Origin: Mantamonas sphyraenae STR306
Lineage: Eukaryota; Protista; CRuMs
Reading direction: 5' to 3'
NCBI GenBank assembly: GCA_026936335.1
Contig: JAPMXV010000070.1
Span: 186,001-250,000 of the forward strand
Length of the DNA stretch: 64,000 bases
Shown here: piece by piece, positions 40,696-53,400 of the stretch
How positions within the stretch are numbered: position 1 is the stretch's first letter
Layout of the letters: each line of letters begins with the position of its first letter
The notes under the pieces: generated by a model
Database searches by the model: none
What the model was told of the DNA's origin: nothing
Seen by the model: only the letters and a program-made list of their open reading frames with translations
Translations under genes and position numbers: made by a program

Positions 40696-43447
40696 TCAGC
40701 GCCCGCCCGAACTCCACAGCAACTGTCCCTTTGTCCTTCCCTGCTTCCGCCTGCCCTTCTTGCCGCGCTTGCCTCCTTGGCTTTGCGATCCCAACGAGGG
40801 AAACTCGTTGCCTGAGCCCCACATGTTGCCCTGCTGCTTGTTGCCGCTCGCATTGCCTCCCCATCCGCCAGACTTTCCATGGTTGGATGATTTTTTGCCT
40901 CCGTGCGGATGCTGCTGCTGCTGCTGTTGGTTGCGTCTGCCTCCCGTGGTGCCACTCGAAGACAAGTCGTTGTTGTTGCCTGTGTTGCTGCTTGCGCTGC
41001 CGCCACCACCTCCCAGCACGTCGGGAAAGTCCTCTTCCTCCTTCGAGGTGCCGTTGATCACATCCACATACACCCCTGCGTCGCTGTCGCCGTAGCGCAG
41101 TAGCACTGGCGCCTGCAGGGCAGACGTGTACGAAGGGGTCTGTGTGTCTCCGTATCCCACTGTCGACGATTCGCTGGAGCCATCGTAGGCCAGGCTGTCA
41201 CTTCCTCCGGCCTCGTTCAATTCCATCCAGGCGTCCTCCATGGCGGCCCTGTCTTCTGCACTGAGTCCCGACGACACATGGTCACCCTCATGGTGGCCAT
41301 TCTGCTGTTCCTGTGTTTGTTGCGCCTCCGAGTTGCTGTTGAACGACTCGTCAAAGTGTTCGCGGTTGAACCCGTTCTTGGCGTCTCCAAACCCATGCTC
41401 GCGAGCCAGCTCAAACGAGGGGAATGCCGACGCTGTGTACAGATCCGGGTTTGTGGCAGGATTGGCCATTTTGCGTTCGTATCGTTCCTCCTCCTCCTTG
41501 CGCTGGTACTCTTTCTGTTCCTTCTCCTCGTGGTCGGCCCTGCGTTTGCGCACCCTACGCCTTTGTTCCAGTTCCTTGGCATACGGGGCCATGCTGTCAT
41601 GCGACACCAGACCCGTGAGATCCACCTCCACCAATTGCACGGTGGCACTCATGGGCACGTGGCTGAGGTTGCGGTTGCGTTTGCGGAAGCCTGTGCTCTG
41701 CACGTACGACTCCACCTCCAGCACGGGTGCACACACACTCTGCGGCAGCTGTGCGTACGAGCCATACTCGCGCACAAGGCACTTGAGGTTGATTGGGTGC
41801 AGGAATGCCAGTTGTCCGTCCTCAGCTGTGTGTGCAAACGGGTGTGAGCGATCGTTCGAAAACTCCTTGCAAAAACAACAACAGAAAATGGCGCACGTAC
41901 ACTGCAGAATAAAGTAATTGGACGATGAAACGTTGCCATTGTCCAGTGTGTCAGCGTCTCCTTGCTGTTGCTGTTGCTGTTGCTCCTCTTCTGTTGCTTG
42001 TTGGGCTTGGGTCCACTGCTCCAGTCGCAGGTTGTTCAGTTGCTTGGCAAGGGCCACATACGGCTCGATGCCATCGTCAATGCCTTCTGTCATGGCCAAA
42101 AGGGTGTCCAATTCCCTTGTTTCACGCTCCACAATGCTTTCCAGCTCATTGCATACACGCACACGTGTGAACTGGTCTGCAGAGGCCAGCGCTTCGCCGA
42201 CCACCTGCGCCGCCGTTTCGTTAGCCTCCGTCTCTGCGTTGCTCTGGTCCTTGTTAGACTTTGACACCGGTCCCAGTTGCTCCTGTCCTGCCTGGGCATA
42301 TGCTTGGGACGCCTGTGCACACGGATGCCCTCCCTGGGCCTGTCCACAAGCACAAAGCGACGCAGCTGGCCGGCTCGAAAGTCTTCCTTCAGTTCCACCT
42401 CGGCGCTCTTCAGTTCGTTCAGGTTCATCTGCGGTGGGCACAAATGGGGTGGTTGCAGAGTGAGCAGCGTGTGTGTGTATGATGTGGTTGGTGTGTTTGT
42501 GCATGTTGGCGGCTGCATGTTGCGCGTTTGGGCCGAGGTCCGCCTGCGTTGGGTTTTTTCTGCCGTGCGGCGTTTCTCTTGGAAATCTCCTGGCTTACCT
42601 CTGCGGCACAAAACGGGCAATAGGCCCATTTGGCGAGGGTCATGGAACGCGTGCTCCTGTCCACGCTCTCTGCGTCATCCTGGGTGGCCCACACGCCGGT
42701 CTGGTTGCGGCTGTCCTTCTGCGTGGTAGTGGTGGCTCCTGCGGCTGGAAACGAGTGGGTCACAGTCGGCACGTCGTCCGCAGCCTCGCTGTGGAACAAC
42801 CGCAATGCACAGGGCCAGCAGAACAGATGGCCACAACGGGAAATGCGTGGACACGTGGGTGGGTACAGACAAATGGGACATTCCGGCTGCTGGTGGCCTG
42901 TAAAACACACGTCTTGGACCCGATCCCAATCCACCAGCGCATCGGCATCCTCCTCCTCTCTTCCCGCCCGTTTCCACTGCCATTCCGGTCCACCACAAAT
43001 CGCAGCGTCGCTTGCTTGGCTCGCTCTGCGTTGAAAGGCACCTCATACTCGTCTTCTATGTACATCTTGTTCGAATGCCGTCCATGGTGGTGGTGATTCC
43101 TTCGCCGGTGCTGTTGGTGGTGCTTTCGGCTGCTGCTTCCCGATCCAGTATCCACCTGTGGGCCGCCCTCATTGAGTCAGCGCTCTTTTCCTTTCCTTCC
43201 TCTGTATCCCCACCCATGCGCCACCCACTCCCGTCGTTGCACTTACCTGTGCATAGGAGAATCCGACCAGGTGGGAGGCGTCCTGACCGCGTGAGGAAGA
43301 TCCTCCTCCTCCCCCTCCCCCGCTGCTATAGCCGCCCATTCCGTAGTATTCTCTGTGCTCCACGTCGTCTTCGTAGTAGTCCGCGCCACTCCAGCGCTCC
43401 GTACTGCCGTACAGTGCCTGGGCTTTGCGGTCTGCTTTGCGAGACAT
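40696..43447 (-). CDS. RNF10: RING finger protein 10 / Mag2-like E3 ligase (multi-exon, with apparent frameshifts near 42955 and ~42280)
   Basis: HLVGFSY, QATLRFVV, VDWDRV, CPICLYPP..RISRCGHLFCWPC...CPFC, AEDGQLAFLHPINLKCLVREYG, LSHVP, and a basic C-terminus KKGRRK..LLWS. Confidence 0.88.
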
Positions 43448-43524
43448 GTGCGTGGAAGTGGCGTCGCTGGCAGCGGGAAAAGCTGCCTGCGATGGCGCCG
43501 CCAAACACTCCACATCCTCATCCC

Positions 43525-43772
43525 ATGTCCACCACTGACGGATCTGCATCGAGTTCCTCCGCTGCCGCCCAACCCCAGCCGCCTGCACGCATGCCCTTCT
43601 GGAAGCATCTCGTCGCAGGAGGCATTGCCGGAACCTCGGAGATCCTCATCATGTACCCGCTCGACGTCGTCAAGACCCGCCAGCAAATGTCTGTCGGACG
43701 TGCAAAGTCCGAGGGTGTCATCAAGACCCTCACCAACACCATCAAGACCGAAGGGTGCGTTCTTGTGTCCTG

Positions 43773-43812
<40 letters not shown>

Positions 43813-43913
43813 TGCGAACCGGTTGCCGTTTCCCTTCCCGGCCCACCCTCCCGTCCGCCGAAGCAGTTTCCTCCCACGCAACTGACACCGTCCACTGTGC
43901 CGTCCGCTGTACC

Positions 43914-43947
<34 letters not shown>

Positions 43948-44986
43948 CCTCCGTTGCAGCTTTGGCACCTACCGTGGCATCCTGCCGCCCATCATGGTGG
44001 AGGCGCCCAAGCGAGCCATCAAGTTTGCCGCGAACGAACAGTACAAGGGGCTCGTCCAGGACGAGAACGGTGTCGTCGACCAAAAGGGAGCCATTCGTAC
44101 GTTGCACCACACCCATGGCCATGGAATCACACCATCCACACTGTCCCTCATGCCATTCCCATGCTTGTGGAGCCTGTTTTGCTGACCCTTGCCTCTCGTC
44201 ACTCGGATTCCCTTCCCTCTCAGTGGCTGGTGTCGGTGCGGGTATCACCGAGGCCTTTATTGTTGTGCCCTTTGAGCTCGTCAAGATTCGTCTGCAGATC
44301 AAGGAGAACGTACGTTGGGTCCTTTGCCGCCGGGGAGCGCGTGTGTGCCGAGGCTGTGTGTGTCGTCGCCCGGGATGGGGGCTGCCCCAGGCTCTTGAGA
44401 GTCTGTGTGCCCCACACATGGATGGCGAGAGACTTACCCTGCCCATTGCACTGCACCCCTGCTTGCAACGAATGACTTCCATCCTCTTCCGTTGGGCATA
44501 ACCACAGGCAGGCAAGTATGCAAACACAATGGATGCGGTGCTGAAAATCCTTCGCTCCGAAGGTCCGCTGGCCTTTTTCAACGGCCTTGAGGCAACCCTG
44601 CATCGCCACGCTTACTGGAACGGAGGCTACTTTGGCAGCATCCACGGCATCAAAGCCGCCCTGCCTGAGCCCGAGGTGCGTTGTGGCTACTGTGTGGCAG
44701 TGGAACGAGGGCACCGACCGTCGTCCCTTCGCTCACCCCTTGCGTGCTCCTGTTGCTCTTGTTGACCATCATCCCACAGACCAAGGGTGAAACCATGCTG
44801 CGTAACTTTGTGGCTGGCGCCCTTGCCGGTACCTTTGGTACCATGCTCAACACACCTGCGGATGTGGTCAAGACGCGCATCCAGAACCAGATCTCCCAAA
44901 AGGGCGTGCCCAACAAGTACAACTGGGCCATCCCAGGCATGGTCACCATTGCTCGCGAGGAAGGGTAGGTTGTTCCCCACATGCCA

Positions 44987-45040
<54 letters not shown>

Positions 45041-45186
45041 CATGCCGCTGACGCGTTCTGTACATTGGCTTCAGAATGGCCGCTCTCTACAAGGGATTTG
45101 TGCCCAAGGTGATGCGCCTGGGCCCCGGCGGAGGTATCCTCCTGGTGGTGTTTGACATTGTCAGCAATATGCTGCGCGACCTGTAA
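43525..45186 (+). CDS. SLC25A21: Mitochondrial 2-oxodicarboxylate carrier (ODC/SLC25A21-like), 6 exons
   Basis: Three carrier signatures (YPLDVVKTR, PFELVKIRLQ, TPADVVKTRIQ) plus the ODC-type motifs EAPKRAIKF, RHAYWNGGYFG and PKVMRLGPGGGILLVVF. It has five GT-AG introns. Confidence 0.9.
44988..45039. repeat. (GT)n microsatellite in the last ODC intron
   Basis: About 26 perfect GT/TG units. Similar tracts occur at ~43776-43811 and ~43914-43938. Confidence 0.95.
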
Positions 45187-45195
45187 TCAGTGGTC

Positions 45196-48100
45196 TCACA
45201 GGCGCAGCACAAGCTCGTTCAACGTGCTGTTCTGTGCCAGAATGTCGTGCAGCACACGCGTGTGCGTCATCAAATCAATCTTGTTGTCGTTGTTTTCCAC
45301 ATTCAGGTGTGTAAGGGACACGTTGGTGCGCAGGGCATCGAATACAGCCAGGATTCCCTCGTCGCCCCCCGCATTGCACGAAAGGTCCAGCAGCTCCAGG
45401 GACCGGCTCACTTTCACTGCCTCTGCCACAAACTGCAGCCCAGCCGCTTTGAGGTCGCACTTCTTCACACTCAGTTTGCGCAGGGTGTTGTTCACACGCA
45501 GAGCATCCATCAGATACTCGGCTCCGTTTGCCCGGATCGAGTTTCTGTCCAGCACCAGCGATTGCAGGCTCTTGTTGATTTTAAGAGTGTCTGCAAGCAT
45601 GGCCACCCCTTCGCTCGTGATCCCGTTGTACGTCAGATCCATGTGTGTCACTGTCGAGTTGATCGTCAGCATCTGGAAGATCGACATCGTTCCCTCATCC
45701 CGCAGCACATTTTCTGCGAGATAGAGAGAGAGAGAGAGAGAGAGAGTGTGTGTGTGTGTGTGTCAGTATCTCGGCCAGTGTGTGTGTGTGTGTGTGTGTG
45801 CATGTGTCTCCACCCCTCCCGTTCCAACTCACTCTGCAGGGACAGCCACTCCACTGATGTGTTTTCACACATGGCCTCAGAAAGGGCAGGTGCACCGTTG
45901 GAGCCCATGGCAGTTCCGTCGAGATTGAGCTTGCGCAGAGACTTGTTGTGTGAGAGGCCCCATGCCACAGCGCCTACGCCCTGCGACTCCAGCCTGTTCA
46001 TGGCCAGGTTGAGCTCCGTCAGACTGTTGTTACTGCTCAACGCCTTGCACACAGAGGACACGCTGATGGCATTCAAGCCCACCGCTTCCAGGTCCAGCGA
46101 GCGCAAGCCTGCGTTTGCTGCCAACCCAGCCGCCAGATCTGCCATTGCCTCCTGACTCATGGTCTTGTTCCTGCGCAGGCTCAACACACGCAAGGTGTGG
46201 TTGTCCTTGAGCACATCGGCAAGCACACGCACCGACTCGTCGTCGACGCCACACCCAGCCACATCCAACTCCTCCAGGGTGCTCACCCTCTGCAGCATGC
46301 CAAAGACCTGCGCCGTGCCCTTTGTGCCCAACCTGTGGTTACTTTGCAAATCCAGGCTGCGCAGTGATGTGTTGAACAGGGCGTTGTCCACCAGGGAGCC
46401 CACACTGCCTGCCTCCAGGTCACACCGTGCCAAGTTGGCCGTGTGCACCTTGTTGTCGTGCATGAGATCCAACAACTCGTCCGACGGCTCCTGTTTGCTC
46501 CTGCCTGTGTACACCTGTGCTGCGTCTGTGTCGGCGCCCAAGTGTCCCAGTGCCCCGTGCGTGGGGTGTGCACTTGCCGTCCCGGCCTCGGCCACCAATT
46601 GCACGCCGTCCACAAACACACGGATGCCGTCGCTCAGGCCCTCCAATGCCATCGAACGCAACTTGCCACTGGACCGTTGCGGCGACAGCGACAGCGACGA
46701 CGCCGAACGCACCGCACGAATCCCTCCACCACCACCACCACCACCACCTCCTCCGGACGACGACATGTCTTGGCCCACCTCCCACGATGCACGTACACTC
46801 TGCGAATCCAAATGGGTGCGTGTGAACATCGAATGCTCTCTGCCGCTGTCGCCATTGCCATCATCACCGTCCTCCCCCTGCTGCTGCTGCTGCTGCTGCT
46901 GCTGCTTGCCCTGTTTGCCCTGCTGGCCCACCTCCACCACCTGTTGTTGTTGTGCCTGCTGCTGCTCCATGGCACCTCCACTTCCCTGTTCCTCGCTTGC
47001 GTGTTGCACACCCCCGGGCAGTGGCGAGTCTTGCTTTGCGTGTGTGTTGTGTCCTCCTCCTTCGCTGTCGTTGCCGCCTGCCGCTGCCGCTTCGGCCATC
47101 GCCTGCGCCTCCTTTTCCTTCAGCTGTGCAAACAGGTCGTCCGCCTCGTTGTACTCCAGCATGCCCCCGTGTTGGCCCTCTTCCTTGTTCCCTTCTGTCC
47201 ACGATTGCACAGGCGTGTGGTTTCCCGCGTCGTGGTCCTCGTCGTGGGTGTTGTGATTTGTGCTCCAGCGTCCCCCGGCGGACTCGCCGTCTTTTGTCTC
47301 CAACCACGCTCCCTTTGGCGACGCCGTCGGTCGCACCTCTGCTCCTCCTCCACGGCTGTGATACGACGTCCCACTCAGGTGTTGTTGTGTGCTCAGCACC
47401 TGTTCTCCGCTCGAATCCTGCTCCTCCTCGCTCGTCGACGCTTGCCTCAGACGCATCACCTCATTTTCCGACTCCTGCTGCGCCGGCGTCTCTTCTTCCT
47501 CCCCGTTCTCCTCCACCACTGCGTGCCGTTGCCCGCCCTTTGTCCCTCGTTGCTGCGACGTCTGTGGTACACCCGTACATGTGTACACATGCAGTGTGTG
47601 CGCCCTGCCTGTGTCAGAACCACTCCCGTTGCTCAAAAGGAAGCCGATTGCCGGTTTCGGCAAGCAAAAACGCTTTTGCCTCTCCGGAATCTTCTGGCCC
47701 CATCCTGCAAGCGAATCCAGACGTCCCATCAAAGCAGACACCGTTGGGTGGTGCAGGCCTCGTGGCTGCCCTACTCACACGCACACCCGTTCCCAAATCT
47801 CCCGTCCTTACCATCTGGATCAGCTTGAACAGGCGGCGAGGGAGGCCCATGGCGTTCCAGTCGTCCGAGTCCATGTTCTGCAGGCTCTCCACGTCGTTGT
47901 ACAGATTCTGACGCAGAGTCTGACGCCAGGCCAGCAGCTGCTCGTTGCCGATGGCATTCGTGCCTGCCAGATCCATCGATACCTGTCGCATGGAGGCGTC
48001 CAGGGTGTCAGCGTTGAGATTGGTTGCACGCCGAGAGAGGCAGCCCAGAGAGCGCGCGAGGATGGACATGCACACGAGCAGATCCAGCATACCTGGGCTC

Positions 48101-48377
48101 ACATGGCAAAAGGAGGATCACATGCACATGCGTGCCACAACCATGCACACAGCTACGCACACACGCAAGGGAAGAAGGGACAAAGGAAAAAGTTTCGAAA
48201 AAGGGGAGCGGGTCGTACTTCGCGAAGCAGATCCAGCACACTGTCCTGTCCTCCGTTCTTGGCAAATCCGGACGTATTCAGGCTGCCGCGGCTGCCACTG
48301 CTGCCCCCCTTTGTGCTTTGTATGTGCGCATTGTGCACCACGCCCGATGATCGATGACACGAAAGTGCTCCACCCAT
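45196..48377 (-). CDS. SAM-like domain + RI-type leucine-rich-repeat protein (about 4 exons)
   Basis: Repeats N.xLxxLxLxxN.(I/L)..xG in 45196-46450. Exon ~47812-47983 encodes LRQNLYNDVESLQNMDSDDWNAMGLPRRL (SAM-like). Proposed start MGGALSC at 48377; the 5' exon structure is inferred. Confidence 0.7.
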
Positions 48378-48466
48378 CGTCGTCGGTGCTGAAGGAAGTT
48401 TTGCGCAGCGGAAGGGGCCGATGCGTTTGTGCTTGCCCCGACGGCGCCGGCACCGACTTCTCTCAC

Positions 48467-48501
<35 letters not shown>

Positions 48502-48587
48502 CACACACAACACAATGTTCCATTCAGAGCTGTGTTGCCCCCAAGTCCACTTCCCCCCTCCCTCCCCCTCCTCGGCTCGGCTCCCGC

Positions 48588-49523
48588 TCACACACAGAGC
48601 GGCGAGTCCTTGGTGATGACTCGAGTCTCATCAGCGAGTGCCTTGCGCACAAACTTGGCCATAGTAAAGATGCGCTGGTGGGTCTCACCATCGTAATACT
48701 TGAGTGTTTCGCCGTCGTTGAGCATGTCTGCAAGCAGCTCGTCAATCTCGGCGGCAGTGCGTTCCCGCGGGTCGTAGGAGCTACCGGGGCCCATGCACAG
48801 GACCAGCGACCACTGGGTGGCAAACGAGAACAAGGAGATGTCGATGGGGTAGGCATTGCCAAAACTCTCGTTCAACGTGTTGCACACGGGTGTAAACTCC
48901 TGTGTGAGGTTCATCACATCACAGGGCCCACTCTGTGTAATCATCACTGCCCCTTCCGCCATACGCGGCTGCACTGCTTCCACGTAAAAGTCCTTTGTGT
49001 ACAGCTCACACGCCGGCCCGGCCTCCAGCGGCTCGCAAAAGTCAAGGATCAGCACGTCGAATGCAAGCTCACACTCGCGCAGGTACTCCACCGCATCCTG
49101 GAACACCAGGGTGACACGCTCGTCACTGAGTGCCCCCTGTTCGATTTCACTCAGGTGTTTGCGGCATAGTTGGACCACCTCCTCGTCCAGATCGCACATA
49201 ACCACCGATTCCACCGACTTGTGTTTCAACACCTCTCGCACCGCCCCTCCGTCGCCCCCTCCGCCCACAAACACCCTCTTTGGTGCCCCGTGCGCAACCA
49301 TGGCCGAGTGCACCAGACTCTCGTGGTACACAAACTCATCCTTCTGCGCCGCCTGCATGTTGTTGTCCAGCACCAGCACCTTGCCAAACTCATGCGTGTC
49401 TTCAATGCTCACCGACTGGTACGCCGTCTTGCCCGCGTACACGTGCTCCTTCACGCTCAGAATGCTTCCGAAATGACTTGTTGTCCATTCCTGAAACCAC
49501 AGTGTCGGTGCCTTGCCCTCCAT
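48588..49523 (-). CDS. Polyamine aminopropyltransferase (spermidine/thermospermine synthase family)
   Basis: FGKVLVLD..MQ...DEFVYHESLVH, VFVGGGGDGGAVREVLKH, FDVLILD..EP..GP...LYTKDFY. Confidence 0.92.
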   Translation of the reverse strand: MEGKAPTLWFQEWTTSHFGSILSVKEHVYAGKTAYQSVSIEDTHEFGKVLVLDNNMQAAQKDEFVYHESLVHSAMVAHGAPKRVFVGGGGDGGAVREVLKHKSVESVVMCDLDEEVVQLCRKHLSEIEQGALSDERVTLVFQDAVEYLRECELAFDVLILDFCEPLEAGPACELYTKDFYVEAVQPRMAEGAVMITQSGPCDVMNLTQEFTPVCNTLNESFGNAYPIDISLFSFATQWSLVLCMGPGSSYDPRERTAAEIDELLADMLNDGETLKYYDGETHQRIFTMAKFVRKALADETRVITKDSPLCV

Positions 49524-49617
49524 GATGATCAATGTGAGCGGTGATTCAGATGCCCCCCCCGCCGCCCCACCCCTCCACCCACCCGAATTCTCCACCTTCC
49601 CCTCGTCCCCAGCGTCC

Positions 49618-50400
49618 ATGTCCACCTCCACCTCCACCTCCTCCTCTTCCTCTGTACCCACACATTACAAAGGTGAGGAGCTGCGTCTGCTGCAGGGTGG
49701 TGCTCCGGCCCTGCAGCACGGACCCTGCTACTCCAAGCCCTGGTCCCTTCAGTACACAGTGCACAACTCCCTGGGTTCCATGCTGCCTGAGCTTCAGGGC
49801 GTGTTCCCCTCCTTGGACTTTGGCGCGCCGCAATTCCTCGACGATGCGTCCCACACGGGCGACGACGGAGAGGAGGCAGACGCAGACGCCGGCGACCGCA
49901 AGCACAACCTTCAACTCGCCTCGTGGCGCAAACTGCGCATGTTTCCCGCCGTCAAACTACTGTGTACATTCCAACATTGCTCCGTGGAGCTCCTCGACAT
50001 GGATAAGGAGACCGAAGACGAAAAGGACCGCTGCTTCTTTGCCTACCGCGACTGGAGCTCCCGCATGGTGGACAAGCTCGAGGCTGCAGGCGCATGGGCA
50101 GACACCACCGATCCCATGACTGGCTATCCCGTCAAGAGTGGTCGTGGTCGATTCTTCTTTGCAGAGGTGGAAGCCTACTCTCGCCTTTTCCCCGAGTACC
50201 AAACCCTTGACGTCGGCGGCTGCACCATCCTCCTCCACCCACAATGGGAGGCTGCCGTCTATCCGGGCACTCTCTTTACCACTGCAGACACAGAAACCAT
50301 CTGCGCCGCCATTGCAGAGCTGGACGCCGAAAAGGAGCAAGAGGATGCCGATGCCGAGCAGCAGCAGCAAGAACAGCAGGACAAGGAACAAAATGAATGA
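49618..50400 (+). CDS. MMADHC: MMADHC/CblD-like cobalamin trafficking protein
   Basis: EDEKD, GAWADTTDPMTGYP, DVGGCTILLHPQW...YPGTLFTTA. Confidence 0.8.
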   Translation: MSTSTSTSSSSSVPTHYKGEELRLLQGGAPALQHGPCYSKPWSLQYTVHNSLGSMLPELQGVFPSLDFGAPQFLDDASHTGDDGEEADADAGDRKHNLQLASWRKLRMFPAVKLLCTFQHCSVELLDMDKETEDEKDRCFFAYRDWSSRMVDKLEAAGAWADTTDPMTGYPVKSGRGRFFFAEVEAYSRLFPEYQTLDVGGCTILLHPQWEAAVYPGTLFTTADTETICAAIAELDAEKEQEDADAEQQQQEQQDKEQNE

Positions 50401-50460
50401 GAGAATGAATCACTGCCTCTTCTTTTCATGTGCGCAACAACAACCTTCCACATCGCTCCA

Positions 50461-53400
50461 TCACACGTCGTAGTCGGCGTCGATCGCAACACAGTTGGTG
50501 ATGGAGATCAACATCTCCTTCTTCAGCTCCTCTGCACTGCCATAGTTGCGCAGGTAGAGTTGGAAGAAGCAAGTGGCTGCACGTGGCAACCCGTTTTGCT
50601 GTCGCTGCACCTTGAGTTTGTCGCTCCAGCGCTTGCCGCTCATGGGCAGCCGCTCGCGACCGTACACAAAGCGAAGGAACATCGAGCGTTCGGCGTCGCT
50701 AAACTCCTCCAACACTTTCCACAGATACACCACAGTGATGCTCTCCGAGTCAAAGTCCCGATACACTGTGTTGCTCTTCAGCAGGTTGACGTCGATGTGC
50801 GGGGAGCCACACACCATGATTTCAAGCTCGCGCCAGTTGAACATCTGCAGCACCATCGACGGCACCACCGACGACAAACCCTTGCCCATCGCCTGCGTCT
50901 GTCGCGCACACTCGTTCAGACGCGTTGCATACACCAGCGACACGTATTCCAGACAGTTGTCCTTGGTCACAGCGATGTTGCGTCCTCCCTCCTTCAGCTC
51001 CACCTCCGATCCGTCGCTCAGCTGGGTCACAAACACCTCATCGATGGTGTCTGCAAACATGGCTGCGTCCACAGAGTCGTCCCGTGCCAACTGTTCCAGT
51101 TGGTCCAATGCCTGGCCTGTAAACTCGTCGATGTCCGTCAGGTCTTTCCTGCCCAGACTCTCTCCCACCAGCGGTTTCCACACCAGCGCGGGCACATCCA
51201 ACACAATAGGAGAACCCGTGCGGATGGCCACACCGATGACCTTGCCCACAAACTCAAAGTGGGCCAATTGCTGGCCAGATGTGGCCGACGGCTTTGGCAC
51301 AAACTTGTCCCTGTTCTTGCCCATGCCGATGCCCTGTGTGGCCAACGCCGCGTTCTTGCACGGAATCATCAGTCCCAACTCCTCACTCACCAGCTCCTGT
51401 GTGATTTGCGTAATCGAGTCACGGTACGGCCCGCCCGCATCGGCGGCTCCCTCGCCTTCAAACTTGACCCTCCATGCACGCTCGCTCGCGCGCAGACGCA
51501 CGGGCGCCACGCTGTTCAGCTGCCGCGAAGCCTGTTCAAACACACTCTCCGTCTTGGAAATACGCGAGATGGTGATTTGTGGAATGCCCATTTGCCCGTC
51601 GCCAAACGTCGAGTTGGGTGTCACTGTGGGCATCGAGCGGCTGATGCGTTCCATGATGGCCATCTTGTGGTCTGTCAGCAACAAGTCACGCAGCGAACAC
51701 AGCTGGTGTGCCAGGCGTCCTTCGCTCGACATGCTGTTCACGTCAAAGAACGGCAGATGCTGGATCATCAGCGTGCTCCACGCAAGCAAGCCCGTCGCAA
51801 GGAAGCGCAACACAGGCACTTCCAGCTGCTTTAGATGCGGGTACGGCAACAAGTCGCTCGCCGTGGTCACCATAAAGTCGCCTTGGTGCACAAGCGACGG
51901 CAGGCCGTTCTTGCGCACCGACGATTGCAGAACGCCATCGTCTGCGTGCAGATTGCCATCCAGCGGTTGTGATGCCCTGTGCCAGCGTTGATCACAGAGC
52001 CATGGCTGCCTCCGACGCCATCGCTTGGGCCGCTGCTGCTGCTGCTGCTGCTGCTGTTGTTGTCCACGCCGCCCAATGTCAGCGGCGAAACCGAATGCAG
52101 AGAGCCTCCGTCCGAGCTGCTGCTCCGTCGATGCTGGCTGTTTCGTTGCCTCCGCTTGCTTTGGCTTTGCCCTTGGACTTTGCCGAGGCCGCTGCGGCCA
52201 GTTCCGAGACATTGAGCGTGGTGGACGCCTGCGGCGTCCCCGGCACGTCGTCGGTGACCGACTCCTGCAGGCGCATGCCCATGTGAATGACGTCCGGCAG
52301 TGCAGCCGTGCGGATGGCAGTCAGAGCACGCTGGTCCTGGTACACCGGATGCAACACGATGCGGAAGCCCCAACGGGTGTCAAAGGAGCTGTCCTTCTGT
52401 GCGTTGATTTCCACCGTCACGCGGTCGTGGCTGACCATCCTGCAAAAGTGTTTGCTGCTGTTCTGCTGCTGTTCGTTGTCGCCCGACCCGTTGCCGTTGA
52501 TTTGGCTCATCTCGAATGCAGAAAAGCCTGAAATGTCGACGTTTGCATCCAGGTCACAGCGACGGTCGAAAAACACGTACACCACCGCTGCGCCCGGAAA
52601 GTGCGCATTGTATCGGAACAGCTTCTTGTTGCTGTCTGCACCCTGCCCTTTGTCGTTCTTGCAGATGGGGTGCGGGCTTTCCAAACCCACCATGTTGTAC
52701 GACGACACAGCCACGCGTTGCATCAGCAGCGGGTGCAAACGACGTTCAGACATGCACTCCAGCGCCTCGGTGCACACCAGCCAGTTTTCCAGCCAGTCTT
52801 GCTGCCTGCCCGGCAGCCTGTCCCATTGGTGTGCTGGAAACTGTTGCATGTACGCCTTTTCCTCCTCGGTGAGCTGCACCACTGTCTTTTTGCTTTCCAG
52901 GCTCTGCGAGCCCATCTCTGAGGGCAAGGGTACCTCAATGTGCACGTCCACCTCGTTCTCCTTGCCCTTGGTGCCGCCTCGTCCCCGATTGCGCTTGCTG
53001 CGTTTGCCTCCGTCGTCGTCCTCGTTGTCCTCGTTGTCCCCGCCTGCGGTGATGTTTACCTCCATTGGCTGTCCAAATGGTTCCATCACAAAGCCAATGC
53101 CTGAACGGATCTGCGCAACAAGCGACTTGGCCTGCTTGGGTTCCTTCGCCGTGTCTTTGCTCTTGCCCTTGCCCTTGATATCCTTGCTGATGCTCAGGCT
53201 GCCACTGCTGCTGCCACCCTCGATGCCAACCTCACTCGACTCGTCTGTGTCCAGTGACGTCGTGCGGTTCCTTTGTTTGTCCATCACAAATGGCGATAGC
53301 TGCCTGGGCGTCGCCGAGGCACTGTTTGCCGCAGAGCTGGACTCGCTGTCCACCTGCAACTCGGGGATGGGGCCTGGAGACGACACGCGCTCTGAGCTGG

